A DNA stretch of 64,000 nucleotides from an uncultured Alphaproteobacteria bacterium. GTDB taxonomy: Bacteria > Pseudomonadota > Alphaproteobacteria > Rhizobiales > Rhizobiaceae. Both the position numbers and the translations under genes were made by a program. Every line of letters begins with the position of its first letter. Position 1 is the stretch's first letter. Below the pieces are notes generated by a model, which saw only the letters and a program-made list of their open reading frames with translations, made no database searches and was not told the origin of the DNA. This document shows, in pieces, positions 12,185-23,979 of this stretch. The DNA lies in NCBI GenBank assembly GCA_963838155.1, contig CAWIQE010000038.1, positions 43,498-107,497 on the forward strand. Reading direction: 5' to 3'.

Positions 12185-13942
12185 ATGACGACAGACCTGG
12201 AAGACCTCGCGATGATCGGGGACGGCGAGACCGTCGCACTCGTCTCCAGCGCCGGATCGATCGAGTGGCTCTGTCTCCCGCGCTTCAATTCGGCCGCCTG
12301 CTGCGCCGCGCTCCTCGGTGACGCCGAGAACGGCCGCTGGACGATCGCGCCCAGCGAGCCCGTCGAGCGCAGCGTCCAGCGCTACGCCTCCGACACCCTC
12401 GTCCTCGAAACCGACCTGACCAGTCCGGGCGGCACGGTCCGCATCACCGATTTCATGCCGATCCGCGACCGCAATCCCACCCTCATACGCATCGTGGAAG
12501 GCCTCGAGGGGACCGTGGAGATGTCGGTCGAGGGACGCTTCCGGTTCGACTACGGCAACATGCCGCCCTGGATCACCGCCGAGGACGCCCACGTCACCAT
12601 GCATGTCGGGCCCGACAAGCTCGTCCTGTGGGGCCTCGAGGACCCGGCCATCGACGAGGGCTGCGTGTCCGGAACCTTCACCGCGAAGAAGGGCGACCGC
12701 CGCACCTTCGTTCTCTCCTATGGCGCCGCCCACGAGGAGGTTCCCGATCCGCCCGATCCGGACGGGGCCCTGAAGGAAACGAAGCGCTACTGGCACGACT
12801 GGCTGAAGCGCTTCGAGACGCCGGTTCCCTACGAGAAGGAGGTGCGCCGCTCGCTTCTGGTGCTGAAGGCTCTGATCCACAGGCCGACCGGCGGCCTCGT
12901 CGCCGCTCCCACGACGTCGCTTCCGGAAAAGCCGGCCGGAACCATGAACTGGGACTATCGCTTCTGCTGGCTGCGCGACGCGGCCTTCACGCTGCGCGCG
13001 CTGGTCGAGTGCGGCTATCTCGACGAGGCGACGGCGTGGCGCGACTGGATCCTGCGCGCGGTGGCCGGCGCCGAGGACAAGCTGCAGATCATGTACCGGG
13101 TCGACGGCTCGCGGCGGCTGGACGAGGCCGAACTCGGCTGGCTGCCCGGTTACCGCTTCGCCAGGCCGGTGCGGGTCGGCAACGCCGCCGCCGGCCAGTT
13201 CCAGCTCGACGTCTACGGCGAGATCATCAACATGCTGCACATCTCCGAGGACGCGGGGATGGAGCGCACCGAACAGGGCCGCCTGCTCGAACGCCAGATC
13301 GTCCAGGAGCTGGAAACCGTCTGGTCGAAGCCGGACCACGGGCTGTGGGAAGACCGAGGCGCCCCGCGCCACTACGTCTCCTCGAAGGTCATGGCTTGGG
13401 TCGCCTTCGACCGCTTTCTCGCCGGGTCCGGCGGCAAGGAGATCTCCCGCAGGGAACGCGGCCGGCTGTGCGACGTGCGCGACGAGATCCACACGGTCAT
13501 CTGCCGCGAAGGGTTCAACGAGGGCATGGGAACGTTCACCTCGTTCTTCGGCGGCCAGACCTTCGATGCCTCGCTGCTGCTCCTGCCGAAGGTCGGCTTC
13601 CTGCCGATGAGCGACGAGCGCATGGCCGCCACCGTCGACACGATCGAGCGCCACCTCGTCTTCGACGGCATGGTGCAGAGGCACCAGAGCAACGCGATCG
13701 TGCCCGAGGGCGCCTTCCTCGCCTGCTGCTTCTGGCTTGCCGAATGCCAGCTCCTCGCCCGCCGGCGCGACGACGCGATCCGCACGATGGAGCGCGCGAT
13801 GGGCGCTGCCGGCGATCTCGGCCTTCTTGCCGAAGAGTACGACACCGGCGGCAAGCGCCTCAACGGCAACTTCCCCCAGGCACTCAGCCACCTCGCCCTG
13901 ATCACCGCAGTCCTGGCGCTGGCCAGGCACGACGCCGGTTAG
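12185..13942 (+). CDS. glycoside hydrolase family 15 protein (glucoamylase/trehalase-like)
   Basis: 585 aa. N-terminus LEDLAMIGDGETVALVSSAGSIEWLCLPRFNSAACCAALLG and NWDYRFCWLRDAAFTL are GH15 hallmarks. Confidence 0.9.
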   Translation: MTTDLEDLAMIGDGETVALVSSAGSIEWLCLPRFNSAACCAALLGDAENGRWTIAPSEPVERSVQRYASDTLVLETDLTSPGGTVRITDFMPIRDRNPTLIRIVEGLEGTVEMSVEGRFRFDYGNMPPWITAEDAHVTMHVGPDKLVLWGLEDPAIDEGCVSGTFTAKKGDRRTFVLSYGAAHEEVPDPPDPDGALKETKRYWHDWLKRFETPVPYEKEVRRSLLVLKALIHRPTGGLVAAPTTSLPEKPAGTMNWDYRFCWLRDAAFTLRALVECGYLDEATAWRDWILRAVAGAEDKLQIMYRVDGSRRLDEAELGWLPGYRFARPVRVGNAAAGQFQLDVYGEIINMLHISEDAGMERTEQGRLLERQIVQELETVWSKPDHGLWEDRGAPRHYVSSKVMAWVAFDRFLAGSGGKEISRRERGRLCDVRDEIHTVICREGFNEGMGTFTSFFGGQTFDASLLLLPKVGFLPMSDERMAATVDTIERHLVFDGMVQRHQSNAIVPEGAFLACCFWLAECQLLARRRDDAIRTMERAMGAAGDLGLLAEEYDTGGKRLNGNFPQALSHLALITAVLALARHDAG

Positions 13943-13972
13943 CTCCAGCCTCCACAACAACGGAGATCCACC

Positions 13973-15004
13973 ATGGCCATCCTTTCCCGCAAGCCGAAGA
14001 CGGTCGTCATCACCGGGGCATCCGCGGGCGTCGGGCGCGCAGTCGTCCGCCGCTTCGCCAGGGACGGCGACAGGCTCGGCCTGATCGCCCGCGACCCGGA
14101 GCGGCTGGAAAAGGCGGTCGAGGAGGTCGAGCAGCTCGGCGGCAGGGCGCTCGCCTGTCCGCTGGACGTCTCCGACCCGGAAGCGCTCGAGGCCGCCGCC
14201 GACAGGATCGAGGCCGCCTTCGGCCCCATCGACGTCTGGATCAACGTCGCCATGGTGACCATCTTCGCGCCGGTGACCGACATCACGCCGGCCGAATTCA
14301 AGCGCGCCACCGAGGTGACCTATCTCGGCTTCGTCTACGGCACCATGACCGCCCTGAAACGCATGAAGCCGCGCGACCGCGGCGTCATCGTGCAGGTCGG
14401 CTCCGGGCTCGCCTACCGCTCCGTCCCCCTGCAGTCGGCCTATTGCGGAGCCAAGCACGCCATGGTCGGCTTCACGGACTCGCTCCGCTCCGAGCTGATC
14501 CACGACAGGAGCAAGGTCGAGATCGGCGTCGTCCACCTGCCGGGCATGAACACGCCGCAGTTCGAATGGGGCCGCAACAAGCTCGGCAAGCGGGCGCAGC
14601 CGGTGCCGCCGATCTTCCAGCCGGAGGTCGCCGCCAAGGCGATCCACTACATGGCGCACCACCCGCGCCGCGAGATCTGGCTGACCTGGTCCACATGGAA
14701 GGTCATGATCGGCCAGGCCTTCGCCGCCGGCTTCCTCGACCACTACCTTGCGCGGGCGGCCTATTCGGGGCAGATGTCCGCCGAGGATCTTCCCGACCGG
14801 CCCGACAATCTCTATGACACCGTCAAGGGCGACTACGGCGCCCACGGCCGCTTCGACGACAAGGCGTATGACGACAGCAGCGAACTGACGCTTGCCCGGC
14901 ACCCCCTGCTGACGGGGGCCGCCGTCGTCCTCGGCGCCCTCGCCCTCGGCCGCCTGGCCCTCGCCGCCGGGAGGCCGCGCGGCGGGCGACGACGGCTCGG
15001 CTAG
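13973..15004 (+). CDS. SDR family oxidoreductase with C-terminal hydrophobic tail
   Basis: VVITGASAGVGRA Rossmann motif and YCGAKHA catalytic motif. 343 aa. Its stop codon lies inside the CIRCE element. Confidence 0.85.
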   Translation: MAILSRKPKTVVITGASAGVGRAVVRRFARDGDRLGLIARDPERLEKAVEEVEQLGGRALACPLDVSDPEALEAAADRIEAAFGPIDVWINVAMVTIFAPVTDITPAEFKRATEVTYLGFVYGTMTALKRMKPRDRGVIVQVGSGLAYRSVPLQSAYCGAKHAMVGFTDSLRSELIHDRSKVEIGVVHLPGMNTPQFEWGRNKLGKRAQPVPPIFQPEVAAKAIHYMAHHPRREIWLTWSTWKVMIGQAFAAGFLDHYLARAAYSGQMSAEDLPDRPDNLYDTVKGDYGAHGRFDDKAYDDSSELTLARHPLLTGAAVVLGALALGRLALAAGRPRGGRRRLG

Positions 15005-15027
15005 CACTCCCGGACGGAGAGTGCTAA
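15001..15027. promoter_or_regulatory. CIRCE inverted repeat (HrcA operator)
   Basis: CTAGCACTC-N9-GAGTGCTAA versus consensus TTAGCACTC-N9-GAGTGCTAA. 152 nt upstream of groES. Confidence 0.9.
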
Positions 15028-15044
15028 TTTATTTCTCCGGGGTG

Positions 15045-15075
15045 CTTGAAAGCCTCCGCGTTTTCGACCAAATGA
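15045..15075 (+). promoter_or_regulatory. candidate RpoH (sigma32)-type promoter of groESL
   Basis: CTTGAA (15045-15050), 17-nt spacer, then CCAAATGA (15068-15075). Only motif resemblance. Confidence 0.3.
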
Positions 15076-15178
15076 ACGCCACTCAGCGCCGCTCATGGGC
15101 TGGGTACGCGCTGCCGCCCACAGGGACAAAGGGCGGCCGCGATGGTTTGTCATCGTCTGTTTGTCCTGGAGGAAAACA

Positions 15179-15493
15179 ATGGCATTCCGTCCCCTGCACG
15201 ACCGCGTGCTCGTGCGCCGCATCGAAGCCGAAGAGAAGACCAAGGGCGGCATCATCATCCCCGACACCGCCAAGGAGAAGCCGCAGGAAGGCGAGATCGT
15301 CGCCGCCGGCTCCGGAGCGCGCTCCGAGAACGGCCAGGTGACCCCGCTCGACGTCAAGGCCGGCGACCGCGTGCTCTTCGGCAAATGGTCCGGCACCGAG
15401 ATCAAGGTCGACGGCGAAGACCTGCTCATCATGAAGGAGTCCGACATCCTCGGCATCATCGAGCATGAAGTCGCCAAGAAGCAGGCCGCGTAA
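15179..15493 (+). CDS. groES: co-chaperonin GroES
   Basis: [44 protein letters not shown]...; ATG 15179 preceded by GGAGGAAAACA. Confidence 0.97.
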   Translation: MAFRPLHDRVLVRRIEAEEKTKGGIIIPDTAKEKPQEGEIVAAGSGARSENGQVTPLDVKAGDRVLFGKWSGTEIKVDGEDLLIMKESDILGIIEHEVAKKQAA

Positions 15494-15530
15494 GCGTCCT
15501 TCTTACAGTCACAACGCTGCTGCCTTTTGA

Positions 15531-17183
<1,653 letters not shown>

Positions 17184-17186
<3 letters not shown>

Positions 17187-17371
17187 AGCGCTTCCAGGAA
17201 AGAGGCTTTCCGCCTGGAAAACGAAGGAAGAGCGGCGCCCTGCCCGGGGCGCCGCTCTTTTTCTGCAGTGCTTCAAGGAAAAGCGGAAACCGGTTTTCCG
17301 TCCGGAAGCGCGCAAAGACAAAGAGATAGAGCGTGTCCGCAATTCCGTGAAACGCGGACACGCTCTAATGG
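17184..17371. repeat. intergenic hairpin repeat, locus R1 (REP/RIME-like mosaic: core hairpin module plus second hairpin module)
   Basis: Core GCTTCAAGGAAAAGCGGAAACCGGTTTTCCGTCCGGAAGCGC (17270-17311) plus a 13-bp stem AGAGCGTGTCCGC/GCGGACACGCTCT (17328-17366). A partial copy lies at 17186-17219. About 100 nt aligns with 35851-35958. Confidence 0.75.
17228..17264 (+). terminator. rho-independent terminator after groEL
   Basis: 12-bp GC-rich stem AAGAGCGGCGCC/GGCGCCGCTCTT with an 8-nt loop, followed by TTTTTCT. Confidence 0.75.
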
Positions 17372-17382
17372 CCGGTGGAGCC

Positions 17383-18231
17383 CTACTCGGCCGCGACCGT
17401 GCGCTGCTGCTGCTCGCCGAGGCCTTCGATGCCGAGCTTCATCGTCTGCCCGGGCCGGAGGAAGACGGGCTGCGGCTTCATGCCGAGGCCGACGCCGGGC
17501 GGCGTGCCGGTGCTGATGATGTCGCCGGGCTGCAGGCTCATGAACTGGGAGACGTAGTGCACGACGTGCCTGACGCCGAAGATCATGGTCTTCGTCGAGC
17601 CGTCCTGGCGCATCTCGCCGTCGACGCTGAGCCACAGCTTCAAATTCTGCGGGTCGGCGATCTCGTCCCTGGTCACGAGCCACGGCCCGATCGGCCCGAA
17701 GGTGTCGGCCGACTTGCCCTTGACCCACTGGCCGCCGCGTTCGGCCTGGAATTCGCGCTCCGACAGGTCGTTAACCACGCAATAGCCGGCGACGTGGTCC
17801 ATCGCCGCCTCCTCCGACACGTAGCGCGCCTCCTTGCCGATCACTATGCCGAGTTCGACCTCCCAGTCGGATTTCCTGGAGTTGCGCGGGATGACGACGT
17901 CGTCGTTGGGCCCCGAGATCGCGCTCGTCGCCTTCATGAAGATGATCGGCTCCTTCGGGATCTCGGCACCCGTCTCGGCGGCGTGGTCGGCATAGTTCAG
18001 CCCGATGCAGATGAACTTCCCGACCCGCCCGACGCAGGGACCCGTACGCCCGGGATCGGCCACCGCCGGCAGGCTGGCCGGGTCGAGCGCGGCCAGCCGG
18101 CCGAGGCCGTCCGGCATCAGCGTCTCGCCGGCGATGTCGTCGACATGGGCGGACAGATCGCGCACCGTACCCCCGGCATCCACCAGGGCCGGTTTCTCGG
18201 CCCCGGCAGGCCCGTATCGCATGAGTTTCAT
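17383..18231 (-). CDS. fumarylacetoacetate hydrolase (FAH) family protein, 2,4-diketo-3-deoxy-sugar-acid hydrolase-like
   Basis: 282 aa. KFICIGLNYADHAAE, WEVELGIVIGK and PGDIISTGTPPGVG FAH-fold motifs. Confidence 0.88.
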   Translation of the reverse strand: MKLMRYGPAGAEKPALVDAGGTVRDLSAHVDDIAGETLMPDGLGRLAALDPASLPAVADPGRTGPCVGRVGKFICIGLNYADHAAETGAEIPKEPIIFMKATSAISGPNDDVVIPRNSRKSDWEVELGIVIGKEARYVSEEAAMDHVAGYCVVNDLSEREFQAERGGQWVKGKSADTFGPIGPWLVTRDEIADPQNLKLWLSVDGEMRQDGSTKTMIFGVRHVVHYVSQFMSLQPGDIISTGTPPGVGLGMKPQPVFLRPGQTMKLGIEGLGEQQQRTVAAE

Positions 18232-18268
18232 CAGGCGTTTCCCTTCGTATCGCTGTTGTTGTTGGAAA

Positions 18269-19165
<897 letters not shown>

Positions 19166-19170
19166 TTACC

Positions 19171-19235
19171 ATGTTCCGATAAGAAAAAGTGGGAATGGAC
19201 ATTTCCCGTGAAGGCTTTGGAAAGCATCGGAACAT
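19171..19235. repeat. nested inverted repeat (structural analogue of the hairpin repeat family)
   Basis: Perfect 10-bp arms ATGTTCCGAT / ATCGGAACAT (19171-19180, 19226-19235) enclosing GAAAAAGTGGGAATGG and an inner GGGAA-N7-TTCCC. Lies in a lower-GC intergenic region. Confidence 0.55.
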
Positions 19236-19284
19236 CGAGCAGACTTCGGAGTTCTGCCCGGAACAGCCAAAAGGTAGTTTCAGT

Positions 19285-19488
19285 ATGGCACGCGCCGATA
19301 ACAAGTTGGCGGAGGAGAAGATCGCGGCGATAAGAGCCCGGTTCCAGAATCCCGACGTTCACCGTTTCCTGCACGATCTCCCCGTCTTCCGGGTCGAGCC
19401 CGAGCTGCCCCAATCGCTGGAGGACAAGCTCCGCCGGCTCGACGAAGCCGAGAGCGAAGACGACGACGGCGGCAAGGACAGCCATTGA
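19285..19488 (+). CDS. hypothetical small acidic protein (67 aa)
   Basis: ATG 19285 (MARADNKLAEEKIAAIRARFQNPDVHRFL...). GC-rich third positions suggest coding. Weak RBS; no family recognised. Confidence 0.35.
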   Translation: MARADNKLAEEKIAAIRARFQNPDVHRFLHDLPVFRVEPELPQSLEDKLRRLDEAESEDDDGGKDSH

Positions 19489-19570
19489 CCGCGTTTCCGG
19501 ACCCGCCGGGAACACGCGGGACCGAACCCCTTTTCAGCAAAAGTCGCAAGCTGCCGGCGCGGAGCGGCGA

Positions 19571-20545
19571 TCATTCCCCGTTCAGCACGCGGACCGGACT
19601 GCCGTCGAGCCACGCCGACAGGCATTCGACGGCATCGGCGTAGAAGATCTCGTAGGTTTCGCGCGTCACATAGCCGATATGCGGCGTCGCGAGCACGTTC
19701 GCCAGCCGCCGGAACGGATGGGAAGCCGGCAAAGGTTCCCGGTCGAAGACGTCCAGCGCCGCTCCCGCCAGCCGCCCCGATTCCAGCGCCTCGATCAGCG
19801 CCTCCTCGTCGACGAGCGGCCCGCGGGCCGTGTTGACGATGACGGAATCCGGCTTCATGAGCCCGATCTCGCGCCGGCCGATGACATGCCGGGTCTCCTC
19901 CGTCAGGCGCAGATGCAGCGATACGACGTCCGATCGCGCCAGGAGGTCGTCGATGCCGGCCGCATGCCCGATGCCGAGCCCGGTGCATGCCTCCAGCCCG
20001 TTCGTGCGGTTCCAGCCGATGACGTCCATGCCGAACGCCTTGCCGTAGCCGGCGACCAGCCGGCCGAGCTTGCCGAGGCCGACGACGCCCAGCGTCCGTC
20101 CCGAAAGGCCGGAGCCGACGGTCAGCTGCCACTGCTGCCCGTTTCCCCTGAGGTTTTCCGATTCCGCCGGGATGTTCCGCATCAGGCCCAGGAGCAGGGC
20201 CCAGGCGAGTTCGGCGGCAGGCCCCACCGTCCCGCGGGTGCCGCACACGGTGACGCCGTTGGCGCGCGCCGCCTCCATGTCGATCGCGGCGTTGCCCATG
20301 CCGGTCGAAACGATCAGCCGCAGCTTCGGCAGCCGCGCCAGCACGCCGGCCGGAAACGGCGTGCGCTCGCGCATGGCCACGACCGCGTCGTAGTCCGCGA
20401 GAGCCGCCACGGTCGCGTCGTCGTGGAGAAAGGGCACGTCGAACCGGTCGCACTGCAGCCGCCCGTCGAGCGCCGACCAGTCGGCCGCCGCCGACGAGGC
20501 ATCCTGATAGTCGTCCAGGATCGCGCATTTCGGTTCGTTCGTCAC
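19571..20545 (-). CDS. D-isomer-specific 2-hydroxyacid dehydrogenase family protein
   Basis: GTG 20545 preceded by AAGGAGGAG. GRTLGVVGLGKLGRLVA NAD motif, ARGPLVDEEAL and TPHIGY catalytic region. 324 aa. Confidence 0.85.
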   Translation of the reverse strand: MTNEPKCAILDDYQDASSAAADWSALDGRLQCDRFDVPFLHDDATVAALADYDAVVAMRERTPFPAGVLARLPKLRLIVSTGMGNAAIDMEAARANGVTVCGTRGTVGPAAELAWALLLGLMRNIPAESENLRGNGQQWQLTVGSGLSGRTLGVVGLGKLGRLVAGYGKAFGMDVIGWNRTNGLEACTGLGIGHAAGIDDLLARSDVVSLHLRLTEETRHVIGRREIGLMKPDSVIVNTARGPLVDEEALIEALESGRLAGAALDVFDREPLPASHPFRRLANVLATPHIGYVTRETYEIFYADAVECLSAWLDGSPVRVLNGE

Positions 20546-20682
20546 GGGGCCCGCTCCTCCTTGCTGCCGCCGCGCGGCGGAAGCAGACCCCGCCCGCCCC
20601 GCTCGCACGGAGCGACTATAGCGGATTGCGGCCGGCCGGCCAGACGGCGCGCCGGCAAATGATCCCGGCCCGCCGCCGCATT

Positions 20683-21624
20683 TCAGGTCACCAGGCGGGC
20701 GACCTTGCGCTCGGTGCGCGCCATCAGCCGCTCGAGCTCGGCGAGGTCGGTGGCGTTGAGCGTCGGGCCGGGCGCGCGCACCTTGGCGCTGGCGATGGCG
20801 CCGCGCTTCTGCAGCACGGTCTTGCGCAGCGCCAGGCCGATGCCGATCTGCTGTTCGTGGCGCAGGATCGGAAGATAGGCGTCGTAGACGTCCTCGGCGC
20901 GGTCCGGCTCGCCGGCATGGAAGAGGTCGACCACCTGCACCAGCATCTCCGGATAGGCGAAGCCGGTCATGGCCCCGTCGGCGCCGCGCGCCATCTCCTG
21001 CGGCAGGTAGAGCCCGCCATTGCCGCACAGGATCGACATGCGCGGCGTATCGCCCGTTCCGGTCCGCCTGCGCACGGCGGAGACCTTGTTCAGGCCCGGG
21101 CAGTCCTCGTGCTTCAGCATGACGATCTGCGGCAGTTCGCGGGTCAATTTCACGATGGTGTCGACGGAGACCGGCACCCCGGTCGTCTGCGGATAGTCCT
21201 GGTAGCACACCGGCACGTCGGGCCCGAGGGCCGCGCAGACCTCGGCGAAATAGCCGAACACCCGATCCTCCAGCGGCCGCCCGGGAACCGGCGCCACCAT
21301 GACGCCCGCCGCCCCGAGCGCCATCGCCTCGTGCGCCAGCGCCTTCTGGTTGTCGATCCCGGGGCCGGACACGCCGACGATGACGGGCAGGCGCCCGTCC
21401 AGCCGCTTGAGGATCCGCCGCGCGACGGCGATCAATTCCTCCGGCGTCAGCTTGTTCGCCTCCCCCATCACGCCGAGGATGGTCAGCCCGCCGGCGCCCT
21501 TCTCGACGTAGAAATCGGTGAGCAAATCCACGCTTGCGAAGTCGACGGCGCCGTCTTCCCTGAACGGCGTGGCGGCGATGACGAAGACGCCTCTCGTCTC
21601 GCGATCGATCAATCCTGCTGGCAC
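20683..21624 (-). CDS. dihydrodipicolinate synthase / N-acetylneuraminate lyase family aldolase (DapA-like)
   Basis: GTG 21624 preceded by GAGAGGAG. GVFVIAATPFREDGAVDF, GGLTILGVMGEANKLTPEE and the active-site-lysine context LKHEDCPG. The track ORF (652 aa) runs far upstream over antisense DNA. Confidence 0.82.
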   Translation of the reverse strand: MPAGLIDRETRGVFVIAATPFREDGAVDFASVDLLTDFYVEKGAGGLTILGVMGEANKLTPEELIAVARRILKRLDGRLPVIVGVSGPGIDNQKALAHEAMALGAAGVMVAPVPGRPLEDRVFGYFAEVCAALGPDVPVCYQDYPQTTGVPVSVDTIVKLTRELPQIVMLKHEDCPGLNKVSAVRRRTGTGDTPRMSILCGNGGLYLPQEMARGADGAMTGFAYPEMLVQVVDLFHAGEPDRAEDVYDAYLPILRHEQQIGIGLALRKTVLQKRGAIASAKVRAPGPTLNATDLAELERLMARTERKVARLVT

Positions 21625-21701
21625 GTATCGCTCCTCTCGCTCAAGCGGACGGATGACCGGGCGACGGCCCGGTCGACGGGGATTCCTTATACCGCCTTCG
21701 C

Positions 21702-22352
21702 TCAGGCGAAAAGGTCGGGCTGGGCGCGGATCAGGTCGTCGATCGACTTGAACACCTCCCGGAGGTGGTGGCACATGTGCTCCACGGCCTCCTCGACGGC
21801 GCCGCCCTCGATCGCCTCGGCGATCGCCCGGTGCTGCTCGTAGAGGCATCCGACATGCCCCGGATGCGGCAGGCTCAGATAGCGCACCCGGTCGAGCTGT
21901 CCCTTGACGTTCTGGATCGCCCGCCAGGCCCGGCTGAGGTCGCAGAAATCCGAGAAGATGTGGTGGAAGTCCTCGTCCAGCCGCTGGAAATCGGTCAGGT
22001 CGCCCGCCGCCGCGGCCCGCTTCTGTTCGCACAGATTGGCCCGCAGCCGCATCGTCAGCGTCGAATCGGCCTTTTCCGCCGCCTTCCGCACCACCGCCGT
22101 CTCCAGCGCCTCGCGGATGAACTGCGCCTCGAACACTTCGGGGATTCGGATCGGCGCGACCTGCGTGCCGCGCTGCGGGAAGATGTCGACGAGCCCCTCG
22201 TCGGCCAGCTTGATCAGGGCCTCGCGCACCGGGGTGCGGCTGATGCCGAGCCGAAGCGCCAGTTCCTTCTCGCTGAGTGCGTCCTTGGGCCGCAGTTCCA
22301 CGGTCAGTATGGCACGCTTGATCCAGGCATGCGCCTGCACGGCGATCGGCAT
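21702..22352 (-). CDS. GntR family transcriptional regulator (FadR/FCD subfamily)
   Basis: LSEKELALRLGISRTPVREALIKLADEGLV wHTH plus an FCD-type C-domain. ATG 22352; alternative TTG at 22400. Confidence 0.85.
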   Translation of the reverse strand: MPIAVQAHAWIKRAILTVELRPKDALSEKELALRLGISRTPVREALIKLADEGLVDIFPQRGTQVAPIRIPEVFEAQFIREALETAVVRKAAEKADSTLTMRLRANLCEQKRAAAAGDLTDFQRLDEDFHHIFSDFCDLSRAWRAIQNVKGQLDRVRYLSLPHPGHVGCLYEQHRAIAEAIEGGAVEEAVEHMCHHLREVFKSIDDLIRAQPDLFA

Positions 22353-22535
22353 CTTCGGGTCGATCGCTTCCGACCAGCTGGTCGTCTCGAGTATCGTCAA
22401 TTTCCCGGTCCCTGCATATGCTTGACGGCGGCCGGACCGAAGCCTCCCCTGCGATGCCGCAGGCGCCCGACCCGCCATTTTCCCGACGCCCCCTCGTGTT
22501 TCGGCGCACCGATGCGGCGACATCTCCGCAATCGT

Positions 22536-22566
22536 TTGACATACTACCATGGCACGGTGTTATCCT
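22536..22566 (+). promoter_or_regulatory. candidate sigma70-type promoter of the ABC importer operon
   Basis: TTGACA (22536-22541), then GTTATC/TATCCT 17-19 nt downstream. A TACCATGGCA partial palindrome in the spacer could be a GntR site. Confidence 0.3.
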
Positions 22567-22610
22567 CCATGCGCGGCGATCAAAAAGCCGCGAGCAAGAG
22601 GAGGAAACAC

Positions 22611-23975
22611 ATGCCCAATTGGACGTCGCGTGCCAAGGCACGCGCGGTCGCGCTCGGCGTCATCGCCACGGCGCTGCTGGCGACATCGGCCCAGGCCGCC
22701 ACGCTCACGGTGTGGTGGAACAAGGGCTTCTATCCCAGCGAGGACAAGGCGATGAACGACGTCGTCGCGGCCTGGGAGAAGAAGACCGGCAACAAGGTCA
22801 ACCTGTCCTATTACAGCACCAGCGACATCGCGACCAAGTTCGTGTCCGCCCTGACCGCCGGTCAGGTTCCGGACGTCGCCTATTCCGACCTGAACGACTT
22901 CCTGATCACGCCTCAACAGGCCTGGAAGGGCAATCTCGTCGACGTGTCGAGCATCGTCGAGCCGCTCAAGGACGAATATACCAAGACGGCACTGATGTCG
23001 TCCTATCTCTACAACAACGAGGCCCACAAGAGGAGCTACTACACCGTCCCGCTGAAGCAGCAGGCTCTTCATAATTTCTACTGGAAGCCGCTCATCGAGG
23101 AGGCCGGGCTTTCGGAAAAGGACATCCCCGACACTTGGGATGCCTACTGGGACTTCTGGGCCAAGGTACAGAAGAAGCTCCGCGCCGACGGCAAGCGCAT
23201 CTACGCGCTCGGCTTCCCGATGTCGACCGTCGACACCGACAACTTCTACACCTTCAACCAGTTCGCGCTCGCTTACGGTGCCCGCTTCGTCAATCCGGAC
23301 GGCACGCTCAACCTGACGAAGGAGACCCGCGACGCGGCGATCAAGACGCTGACCTTCTTCAAGTCGAAATACGACGCCGGCCTGATCCCGTCGAGCGCCC
23401 TCAACTGGGGCGATGCGGACAACAACGCGGCGTTCTTCTCCAAGCAGATCGTCATGACGCCGAACGCGTCGCTGTCGATCCCGGTGTCGAAGGCCGACGA
23501 CAAGGACGTCTACGACAACCAGATCCGGACAGGCATGATGCCGAAGGGTCCCGACGGCAAGACGGTCGACAGCCTCGTGGCGGTCAAGGTGGCCTTCATC
23601 CCGAAGGGTGCCAAGCACATCGACCTCGCCAAGGACTTCCTTGCCTTCCTCGCGCAGCCGAAGCGTCTCGACTCCATGCTTCGGGCCGCACAGGGCCGCT
23701 GGCTGCCGGTCATGCCCAAGTCGATCAAGGAGGATCCCTTCTGGACGAACCCGAAGGACCCCCACATCCCCGTGGCGGTCAAGCAGGAAGTGACCGGCCC
23801 GACCGTCCCGTGGCCGATGGCCTTCAACCCCGCCTACGCTCAGGTGAACGCCGAGCAGGTCTGGGGCAAGGCCGAGGGCGACGTCATCAACAACGGCGTC
23901 AGCCCGGAGAAGGCCGTCGACACGGCGTTCTCCCGCATCAAGTCGATCTTCGCGCAATACCAGATCAAGAAGTGA
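22611..23975 (+). CDS. ABC transporter substrate-binding protein (CUT1 sugar family)
   Basis: ATG 22611 after AGAGGAGGAAACAC. Signal peptide ...LLATSAQAATLTVWWNKGF. 454 aa. Confidence 0.9.
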   Translation: MPNWTSRAKARAVALGVIATALLATSAQAATLTVWWNKGFYPSEDKAMNDVVAAWEKKTGNKVNLSYYSTSDIATKFVSALTAGQVPDVAYSDLNDFLITPQQAWKGNLVDVSSIVEPLKDEYTKTALMSSYLYNNEAHKRSYYTVPLKQQALHNFYWKPLIEEAGLSEKDIPDTWDAYWDFWAKVQKKLRADGKRIYALGFPMSTVDTDNFYTFNQFALAYGARFVNPDGTLNLTKETRDAAIKTLTFFKSKYDAGLIPSSALNWGDADNNAAFFSKQIVMTPNASLSIPVSKADDKDVYDNQIRTGMMPKGPDGKTVDSLVAVKVAFIPKGAKHIDLAKDFLAFLAQPKRLDSMLRAAQGRWLPVMPKSIKEDPFWTNPKDPHIPVAVKQEVTGPTVPWPMAFNPAYAQVNAEQVWGKAEGDVINNGVSPEKAVDTAFSRIKSIFAQYQIKK

Positions 23976-23979
23976 TCGC

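Noticed and set aside
11789-15007. A 1072-aa ORF on the minus strand, the largest in the track
   Set aside because: It is antisense to two well-supported genes, the GH15 hydrolase and the SDR. Its composition is the R/G/A/P-rich pattern typical of stop-free antisense frames in high-GC DNA, and it has no recognisable domain. The same reasoning applies to 836..2071(-), 8179..10005(-), 15456..17342(-, antisense to groEL), 22560..24116(-), 61442..63805(-) and many others.
20683-22641. A 652-aa ORF suggesting a large fusion protein
   Set aside because: Only the last 313 codons (from GTG 21624, with a good RBS) look like a DapA-family protein. The upstream part is an out-of-frame same-strand read across the GntR regulator gene and the GntR/SBP intergenic region.
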